Assembly (NCBI GenBank): GCA_035084275.1
Contig: CM068748.1
Span: forward strand, 16,244,001-16,308,000
DNA length: 64,000 nt
Reading direction: 5' to 3'
DNA from: Hydrolagus colliei
Lineage: Eukaryota
The position numbers and the translations under genes are program-made. Shown piece after piece: positions 54,664-64,000 of the stretch (its first letter is position 1; the number at the start of each line of letters is the position of its first letter). The notes under the pieces were generated by a model. It was not told the DNA's origin, made no database searches, and saw nothing but the letters and a program-made list of their open reading frames with translations.

Positions 54664-56951
54664 CTGCTCATGGAAACCAAATCCCCTGTGCGAATACTAA
54701 TCAAAGTGCACTTGCCATCTTTGAAGACTGGTCGCTGTATTTATGATGGATGGGAACTGAGACTGAATAAGAATTATCCTTCCAAAATGATGAATCCCTA
54801 GGTTTACCTTGATGGAAATAGACCAATTCCACCAATACACTGATTATGATTTTTAAAATCCACCTCTCCCTTCCCAATCCCTGCCCAACCCTCACCTTCC
54901 TCCTTGCTTGCAATCGACTCCATCTTTGTGCTCAGAGACATAATCTTATGCTACACAACAAGTTGCACTTATATACAGCGTCCTCCACTCCGGGTAATGT
55001 CTCAAAGCACTTAAATGCTATTGCCACCTCAGAGACGCAAAAACACGGCTGAGATGAAAATAATGGCCAACAATTTGAAAGCACCTCCTTATCAAACCTG
55101 TCACATCCTTTGGACACGTTACACTTCTCCTCTCAGGATTTTCCAACCTATTTCCTTGAGCACTCTGCTCCATTAATAAATAGAACTTCAATATGCAGCT
55201 TGAATAGATACAAATTGACACGAAAGTCAATGTATAAATGTAAATTTGTATTGTAATTAGCATTATATTGGTGGAGAAAATTGCTCTAGAAAATGAATGA
55301 CAATACTGTACCAGGGGTAAGTATAATACTGTTGTACTAATCAATACTATGAAAAACAATATTTTTGGGGAGGGGAAATGCAGCCAATTACATTCAAGGC
55401 AGAAAACGCATGAGAGGAAACTGAAGAAAATTGAAACAAGTGAAGGGAAGACAACAGACATAATAAACTTTGACAACAAAAATATGGGAATGATGCTGAT
55501 ATGAGGCAAATGTTACTCCAGGAAGGAACACACGGGCTGGTTTGTAGTGGAACTGCCTTCAGGTTGTGTACTGGTATAGGATGTCATGTTATGACTTATT
55601 GCAACGTCAAGCACTCTGAGACGCCAACCGACATGGAGGGCGCTTTATAAATGCAAGTTGTTGTTTGTTGACTTAAAAAGAGGTTGTTCAAGTGATTTTC
55701 ATACGCAGCCGGAATCTATTGAGTCAAAGACAGCAGTAGCAGCGAGGAACATCGTTTTGGGGGCATGTTTGTTAGGAATAATAAACCTATTAATAAGCAG
55801 TGTAACAGGCTGGAAACTGCTGGTCAACAAAGATCTATTTGCAAATGCCTCTGGCTTTGTTGAATTAAGAAATATTATTGTACTTTGAGGAGGTTTATGG
55901 TTTTCACCTGAAGTGAGTTACAGTACAATACCAGATTTAAAACAACCCATACATTGTGTAGTTGAAGCCTGTTAATTGGGACCCCCTGGTGTAAATGAAA
56001 TAGTCCGATTTATCAGATCATTCCCCATCAAGCAAAACCCATCAGTGCTGATTTAAATTGCGAATCAATTAGTGCCTGTGAAAATGTACCCATTAACCAT
56101 TAACAGGCATCAAGTCTAATCATACACTGGGTTTCCCTGTGCTGCTACAGAATTCAGCAATTCTGTTTGGATTGTGTTGCATCACTTTGATCTGCACTGG
56201 CCTGATGTTTTTCACATCATTTTCAAAGACTACAGTGGCTAGGGATAAGACAAAAAATTATTAATTGATGAGAAAATATTTTCCTCTCATTCTCCCCATA
56301 CTGTTGACAAACTCATAGTGATTTTTAAATCCCATTCACGAGGGTTGATGAGAATCAACAGTTTTAAAGGCTCAGTGTTGTCCGAATGTTCTGGCTTCCA
56401 GCCCTGAAATTCATACAAACAGGAACTAGGAAATCTGCCTAAAATGTAAGGACCATTTCCAGGCCCAGAATATGATGGTTACATGGAACATGAAACCAAA
56501 TACTTAAACATCTGCAAAAGAAAAAATAAAGTAGAAATAAATTATGAAATGACTTTTGGGATTGTAACTTGCCCAGGACAGCAGATCGTACCAGTATAGT
56601 GTTCCCTTGTCCAAAATCCAGCTAAAGTACATAAATCAAATCTGAGACATATTTTATAGCACCAAGGCAAAGCTGCATGTATGCCACTATTTGTGCTACG
56701 AATGTAGTTTATTGCCAGTGCAAATGGCAGACAGATCCTTCTTGTGTAGCCAATGATAATAGCCTGTTATGACTTGTACCTGTCAGGACTTGTAGATAAA
56801 GATTCATCTGCTATATGCCATTTCAACAACAACAACAACTTGCACTTACAGTATAAAGCTCCCTCTATGCAGGCTAGAATCTAATAGTGCTTCAAAGAAT
56901 GACTCACCTCCCCTTACACAACAATGTCCTTGACTGCAATTCATTGGATAC

Positions 56952-57355
56952 AATAATAATCATTGCATTTGATATAATGTTGGGAGGATATCTCAGAGCA
57001 CTTCCCGGGATTTTACTGTAAAGTGTAGTGTATATTGTGTAGGCGAATGCAGAAGCCAAGTTGAATAAAGCAACATCCTTCAAACAGCCAAGAATTGAAC
57101 ATTTAATTTTGTCTGGCGAGGGCACTGGGAGAATCTCCAATCTCTCTTAAGAGTAGTACCATAAATGTTTTTACGTCCAACTGAACAGGCAGACGGGCGT
57201 CAGTTTAACATCTCATCCAAAGGATAGCATGCCAACAATGCACACCCCAGGCACTGCAATAGAGTGTCAATCTAGACGATGAGTTCAAAATCCAGTCATG
57301 GCCTTGAACACACAATCTTTAGACTCAATTTTTAGAGTGCTACCAACTTAGACAG
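56952..57355 (-). mobile_element. Near full-length SacSINE-type DeuSINE
   Basis: Tail aataataatcattgcatttgatat, body ccaactgaacaggcagacgggcgtcagtttaacatctcatccaaagga, degenerate tRNA head ccttgaacacacaatc..agagtgctacc. Confidence 0.75.
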
Positions 57356-57923
57356 CATGGATGTGCAGGGGCCCACTCCAATGTGTAATGTCCTTCATAT
57401 GGACATGGCTAAACTTGGCTAAACTTGCATATATTGTACTTGGAAACCATTGTATGGACAGCATTGTACCAAAATCGAGCCATCACTGTACTCTAATAGA
57501 TAAAATTAACGATGCTCATTTAATTCACAGTAAAAAACAGTAAATTTCTGCACCAGCTTTCCCAATGTTTCATGCACAAACCCAGTACAGTACAGTATAT
57601 TGTTTACTATTAATAGCACCAATTTTTGAATGTGCTTCTTCTGATCTATGGTTGGGTGAAACGCTATAAATATTATATCCTACTGTAAAGGTTGTCAGTT
57701 GTGTACGATTTTTTGACAGCGCTAAATGAACCATACATGCTTGCCGCTGAATGCTTTCCTTAAGTCACTCCTATTGTGTTAATGATTAATAGCTTGTGTG
57801 TTATGAACAAATGTGACTAAAAGTTGAAAACGATGAACCGGTAAGGAAGAACATTTACTTTTACACGTTTTGTCAGCAGACGAACAGAAGACATCTCGAC
57901 CCATTCATAAAGAGAACACTAAC

Positions 57924-58063
57924 CTGTATCTCTGGTAGTCACTTTCATCGTTGTCCAAACTAACAAGTTCATTGGGACAGGCTTTATTTCCGAGAAGACT
58001 GAGGTACTTAAGGAAAGGCAACACTTCAGCTAAATGATCCAAAAGGGTGTCTAATTCTGTTAT
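57924..58063 (-). CDS. LRMDA: LRMDA internal coding exon (140 nt)
   Basis: Translates to [46 protein letters not shown](R), matching recalled human [49 protein letters not shown] acceptor follows a TCCTTAAC branch site; donor is AG|gttagt. In frame with both neighbouring exons. Confidence 0.95.
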
Positions 58064-59665
58064 GTGTCAAAGGCCATGGGTTAAGGATTCAATCACGTTA
58101 ATGAAAAAGCATTTATAAGGAAGCACTCATAGGTAAAAAATTATATACATCACTGACTGACAATCAAATTTACTGCAGCACTCAAGACATGTCAAAGTTA
58201 TTGTTTAGGGGGCAATTCATAGCAAACACATGTCAGAACGTTGGCATATATTGAAAGAATGTGGCTCTTTTTAGTTTACTTTCTTTCAAAGGTGGTTCAC
58301 TGAAAACATTTAAAACATTGACAAAATGATGGATGTTGTGTGGCTAAATGGTAAGCAATTGTTGAAACTGAAACTTTTCCAACAGGAAACAAACAGCTAC
58401 TTCACACTACATCCATCACTAATACATTCAGTCCATTGTAAAATGAGTCTGCAGTGTCAAACAATAACAGCCTTATTCCCCACAAGAATATAAATGCTGT
58501 CTGATAGCTCTGTGCAGTCATAATCAAGTCGCCAGCAACTTCTGAGCACCAGTGAGTGCTGTTGTCCTTTCACAGACTCTGCCGGCATCATTATTTTTAC
58601 GTACAGCAGTACAGCCTGGGTAATTTAAGAGTTGTACATAAATCATGTTGGTATTTTAATCTCCTCTTTTCTTGTGAAGGTGCAACTCTCTGGTACCTCA
58701 TCGTGTTGCCCATCCCTTACTTGTGATCCTGGACAGTGAATGTCTCCAATAAATTTGACTTTGGATACATCGCGGCCAAGACTGACTTCAGTCCCGGCTT
58801 CAGGTTACTTATGTGTCCTTCCAGCAGGGGCCGCTGGAGAGAGATCATAAGCAGGAAACCTGGTTAGTTTTCCCCATCCCAAGTCCAGGGGCATTTAAGG
58901 ATGACTGTGACATCACTCCTGTTGCCCCATCTGAGAAGAGCTAACTCAGCACAGACTGGGGATTAAACCTGGAGCCTACCTGATTTGTGTGGATTAGTTC
59001 CATACAAAATCATGAAAAAGGTTATTTTATGGGGGGGGGGGGTGGGGGGGGGACACACACACTAGAGACAGAACCATAAACAGCGTGGGTTGTAATAAAG
59101 GCTGCAGTAAATTTGAGAATGGTGTAACAATTACTTACTCTGCTAGAAATAGTTTGAGATTTCACATTTCCTTCTTCCTGTGAGAGCTCCTGAATGGAAG
59201 CTTCATACATACATAAAGGTACTATTTAGTTGAATAAAGCAATTCAGCATCTATCTAAATGTAATAAAAAAACACAAGGAACACCATTAATACGTTATTG
59301 GTGCATAGCCAATTCCTTGCTTACTTTTTCTGTGGGCCTGATTTTATCTCATTCAATAATCATTCCAGCAGAGGGCTCCCTGCCATCCAAGACAATCTCT
59401 TTCCTGCTTTCTTTTTTTAAAAAATAAGCATTTTCAATCTCTACAGTACTTAAAGATTTTTTTTTACACACCGTAACAATCCTGTGTTACAAAGCAAAAG
59501 TGCAACACAAATAGAGACAAAACAGGATTACAAAGCTTATCCCTCCTTTAGTGTGAATTTTTGCAAGTTAGTTTCTAGCGCACCATCTCAATTTGGACAA
59601 AACTGCAAGTGCTTCCCTTTAATTGGGGCACTGTGTAATTTACAACATCACTGTGCAAAGGATAT
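58064..59665 (-). other. LRMDA: U12-type (minor spliceosome) AT-AC intron of LRMDA, 1602 nt
   Basis: 5' site ATATCCTTT (59665-59657), branch site TCCTTAAC (58087-58080), terminal AC (58065-58064). Splicing here yields the continuous peptide NKNQ|ITELD. Confidence 0.93.
58690..58995 (-). mobile_element. Old SINE-like repeat, family B, inside the U12 intron
   Basis: ctggacagtgaatgtc..ccagcagggg..ctgg..gatc..agcaggaaacctgg..agctaactcagcacagactggggattaaacctgg. Confidence 0.65.
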
Positions 59666-59792
59666 TTGATTCTTGTTGATTGTCAGAGTATGAAGGTGTG
59701 GTAACCTGGGCAACTGGAGGTCATTTGTGAGGAGATTGTTGTCCAGAATCAGCTCTTCTAGGCAGCTGAATGCTTCCAGTCCTTCCAATGAC
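59666..59792 (-). CDS. LRMDA: LRMDA internal coding exon (127 nt, LRR region)
   Basis: Manual minus-strand translation gives (R)[42 protein letters not shown], closely matching recalled human LRMDA ([43 protein letters not shown]). Acceptor is ttcccttgttgttgcag|G; the exon ends at U12 donor |ATATCCTTT. Confidence 0.95.
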
Positions 59793-60314
59793 CTGCAACA
59801 ACAAGGGAACAGGAAAATGATACGCCACTAAATCAGGAAGGCCATTATGCACGGAAATAAATATTTCAACCTTCCCTTTCACGAGCTGGAAAGTTTTGGT
59901 TTGGTCTTGACAAGCGAGTGAATGACAAGAATTAGTGGCAGGGAGAGCGCTGGCACAGGCTCACATCTTTCACACTCTGGCAGGATGAAGGATGGGGGTC
60001 ACTTAGTGAGTAGCCAGGATCTAAAACAAAAGGCTTCAGATATGGGGCCTACAGGATGAATTTGTCAATGTCTTGTGCCTTGAGGCACCCAGCCTTCCCT
60101 GACCCCAACCTTCATTCCCAAGATAAATAACTCTGTCACAGTTCACCCTCATTCCCTGGACACAAATTTAACTTGTCATCCATCATTCAGTGCAAATATC
60201 ATATTCTTAGCGCAGCTAATGAATCCAGTTTTATCATCACGCTCACAAGTGAGCACCGTAATGTGACGAGAAGAAGCGAAAGAATAAAATTAACGTGATA
60301 TGCTTGTTACATAA

Positions 60315-60339
60315 GGGGGGGGGGGGGGGGGGGGGGGGG
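60315..60339. repeat. Poly-G run (a similar run lies at 59031-59052)
   Basis: Homopolymer, directly visible. Confidence 0.9.
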
Positions 60340-62435
60340 AGGAAGCTTCACACTTCTCACAGCCTGCACCTGGAAATCAAAGCAAGGCAGGAAATGAATA
60401 GGGCCGCGGGAGCAAATAGCCCGTGCCCTGGTGCATTTAACCACAAGAATACATATTGTTTCTGAATAATGCTATGTAAATAGAATAATCTTATCATGAG
60501 AATCAGCAAATGGATTGTAACTGGAAAAAAGGCATACATCTAAGTGCTTCAAGGGAAGCATAAAACAAAATGACAGAGCATGAAGTGGGACAAAGGCCTC
60601 AAAACACTAGAGGGAGTTGCCTATTGAAAGAGCCGGGCTCACACCAAAAGCTTGGCTGAGCACTCAAGACAGAGGGAGAGAAAAAAAATTCTCCACAAAT
60701 CCCCTTACACCTGTCTGATTTTGATAATTTTGCCATGTAATGTTATTAGATGCTCAGTTAAAGGGAGATGCATTACACAAGGGCTTCCTTATTAATTGTT
60801 GTTTTCATGTCATCAGCACAGTGTGCATTTCATGATTTAATCAGCTAAATTCACGACTGTGAGCCAAGGGGGAGGCGGAGGGGGGAGAGGAAGGGAATGG
60901 TGGGTGTTGACAGTCTCCAACATAAATCTGTCTGTTGTTTAAATCTCTTTTCTGTTCTGTTCTTCCTTGATGTTATGCACACTTTCACCCCACACTTGAG
61001 ACGACTAGTGAGTGTAGAAACAGCATTTTGTAATAGTTTGGGTTAGAAAGCTGACGAGCTTTGTTACGATTGCTTAGTGCACTTCCCTATTCACACAGCT
61101 CTAATGACCTGAGAGCTGCCATTATCTTACTCACAGGTACCATCTCCTTCATTTCACTCGGGCTCACACCCTCCTCCCAAAGGAGCCCCAATACAGCCAG
61201 ATTTTCATTGCAATTTCCAAAGTCACATCAAGATGACAAAACATCAGAATGCATTTCACTCTTCCCAATTCAAATGGAAATAACTTTTAAGTTTCCACTG
61301 TAATTAACCCTATCCTCGTTAAGATAATTATGATCAAGCTCCCCTGTCATACCTAATATCCCAGAATCATTGCCTATGGCTCACACTTCACCCTCATTAT
61401 CTTACAAAAATGTTGCACACAACAGGCATTGGCAAGGAGCCCCCCTGCTGAGTGCAAAGGAGGATTGCTTTTGAAGGGAGGGGGCGATGTGTTATAAGGA
61501 TCGGCTTTACCACACTAGTGTGAAAAAGCAATGTTTAGATTCAAACAAAGCAGCACAGACTGGGGAGTGACAGGCAAATTGACATGCTGTTCAGAGGGCA
61601 AATGATAAATGTTTGATGAATTGGCAAATGCTGAAGGAGTGATGGGCTTCATATGTGCATAATGGACTAGCTGCCTCTCAGTTCTGATTGCCTGCCAAGA
61701 TAAGAGACCATAATGAATGGGCGAGCAAAGCCCTGCCATAAAAAGTAGGATTCAACTGGTTTTAATAAACTTAATAAAAAGTGCAGAAGCAAGAGACGGC
61801 AGTTGAAATGAGATGTGAGAAAAGAGTAAGATTAGATCTACTTTAAAATCTTGACGGCAAAGTTGCAGGAGAAGGAAGTGGGAATAAAAACAAAGTTCTG
61901 TCACAGGGACTGTGAGACAGAGTGCCTCCGGTGCACTGGGTGAATTATAGACTGCCTCTCAAGATTCACAGCTCTTCGTGGTAGGAGGTTAATATTCTCA
62001 CATGTCATTAGGTCTGCTGGCTCCACTGATGGCTCATTGAATCAGGCAGCAAATTATTTCCTCATGCTAGAAAGGACACCACACTTCAAAGGGAAGGAGC
62101 CCGGGTCAGGCTGGCTCTACAGTTTGATTAATGACTCGGGATCAGCAGTGGTTGCCTGTAGGTATGAATGTGACTGAGGTTTTTGACAACACTGACTTTA
62201 GAGCAGGGCTTGACCCGGGCCCTTACTAACTTTGTTTCTAACATTGCTTCTGACTGACCTGATGGGGCCTGTCAGTTAAGTTTATGACCCTTTATGCCAT
62301 GTTACCAGGGATGGGAGTCGTTGTCTGCACAGCTGGATACCTATTTTCCCCTGAATGTTTAATTCCTCCACTGAACAAATCTTTGCTGTAGTGATTTCAT
62401 GCAAAGTATTCAGATTTGGGATTTTGTTCCACCCA

Positions 62436-62538
62436 TGAAACACAGCCACGTGACAGTCTATTCTGTGAAGCACTTTGAGATGTCTCAACGACTTGATAAG
62501 GCGCTATATCAATGTAAGAATTATCATCATTATTATCA
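62436..62538 (+). mobile_element. SINE/L2-type 3' tail
   Basis: tattctgtgaagcactttgagatgtctc..aaggcgctatatcaatgtaagaattatcatcattatt. Confidence 0.65.
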
Positions 62539-64000
62539 TTTCCTGCGTAATTCATTTCACAAGCCACTTGTGATTTCATGTACTGTGGGACGTGCTTTTT
62601 TTCCCCTCCCCTTGTTTACTGCAACCAGTGTGTTTGAGCAGCAGACTAATGCACTAAGCTATCACTGAGCAACCGTCACTTCCATTCCTTCTGATCAACT
62701 GGGTTTGATGGATGTCATTGACACAACTGTGCCAATGGCCTCTATTAAACCACTCCCTATATCAGACCACATCAAAGCTTTTCAACTACCTCCCCCTCCC
62801 CCACACCTACCTACAAAGGAGAGCCTTTAACACCTAATGGGAGTGTGATTTCACAAATCAGAAACTCAAGCAAAAAACAAAGGCTAAATTACATTTCATA
62901 TCAGTAACTGCACTTTCAGACTTTTAACCCCCCGAGGCCAGAAACAATCTCAATGTTTGAACAAGAAGTTGAAATAAAAATGGCCGATTACTTAATCGTA
63001 CTTGGGCCTCAGGCCTCAGCAGTAAAGAAGGGATTAAAGTCTCCACCACCTGGGCTGCCGATCTCCTGGGCCCCATTATCATCCCCTTATTCATTTTTTT
63101 TAGCCAACAGATTAAAATGCAAGTGCCACAATCTTTGATCTTTCATTCACCGACACAAATCCAATGAAGCCTCTAACATTTTCTGCTGTGGTAATTAGTA
63201 CTCATTAAAAGGTTTCCAGCAGCCTGGGCATTGTTTTTTTCCCCAAAGAAATTGCTTATACAAGTGCCTTATATCTTTCAAATGTACGCATCACTCACTT
63301 TCGTCTTTAGCTAATTCGTGTAGATCAAGTAGATTAGTGACTCCATTATTTTCAGAGACAAGGGAAACAACAGGTTTTCATAATCTATCTGACCTGAGGA
63401 TGCAACAGCATTCTGATCAGGATTTAAATGCATTATTACTTCAGTCTGTTCTAATAGCCCTTTGATTTAGACATTTTGAGAATCCACTTTTTGTTTGGAA
63501 AAACCGCAGATATTTTTTTTGTATATGAATCCATCCATTGGTACCTCATTCCCATTTGTACATCTAAATAATACATTTAAAGATGGTTACATATTTTAAA
63601 TAATTCATCTGACGATTCACTCTTCTGAGTATCCCAGTCCTAGTGCACACAATAAATTCTTTCCCATTTAACATTTAACAGTTCTATGAACTACTGTGTA
63701 AATAATAAGCATGTGAAGGGTGTTATTTACTGTTGTTCATTGCATTACTTTCTTTTTATTTCCTTAGGAATATTAAAGGCAATGATTGGTCATTTAAGTC
63801 TGGTCACATCGCAGAATTTATGAAAATGGTAAATCAAACACTATGTATACACACAGATGTAACAATTTCCGATTGTGTGTTTAAGAATGCAAGCGTTGAT
63901 ATCATGTTTTAGCCTTGGAACGATTTTTTTGCTCGCACAAAATAAGAACAGTTGAATTTGTGCAGTGATTAGCTGAACTATTTAATCAGTTGTGTGTGTT

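Larger units (their letters stand above)
47897..57923 (-). other. LRMDA: LRMDA GT-AG intron, about 10 kb
   Basis: gttagt...ttttccag boundaries between two in-frame exons. Confidence 0.9.

Noticed and set aside
55018-55509. Longest ORF (163 aa), hydrophobic
   Set aside because: It arises from an A-rich low-complexity plus strand, with no homology or splice support.

Overview
AT-rich vertebrate genomic DNA. The repeat repertoire (DeuSINE/SacSINE-type SINEs, CR1, L2, Penelope-type palindrome) suggests a cartilaginous fish; this is an inference. The window appears to lie entirely inside the minus-strand gene LRMDA (C10orf11). Three internal coding exons (59666-59792, 57924-58063, 47770-47896) splice in frame to give the LRR and LRRcap region. 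The first two are missed by the ORF track and are joined by a textbook U12-type AT-AC intron (58064-59665). The rest is intron, densely populated by SINE/LINE fragments and interrupted by repeat-free, homeodomain-motif-rich blocks that are candidate conserved enhancers. The most unusual non-coding items are a TSD-flanked 191-bp palindrome carrying a minimal hammerhead ribozyme fold (8210-8400) and an LF-SINE-like element (about 6300-6560). There is one 212-N gap. Almost all listed ORFs are spurious or LINE remnants. Repeat boundaries are approximate and family names come from remembered consensus sequences, not database searches.
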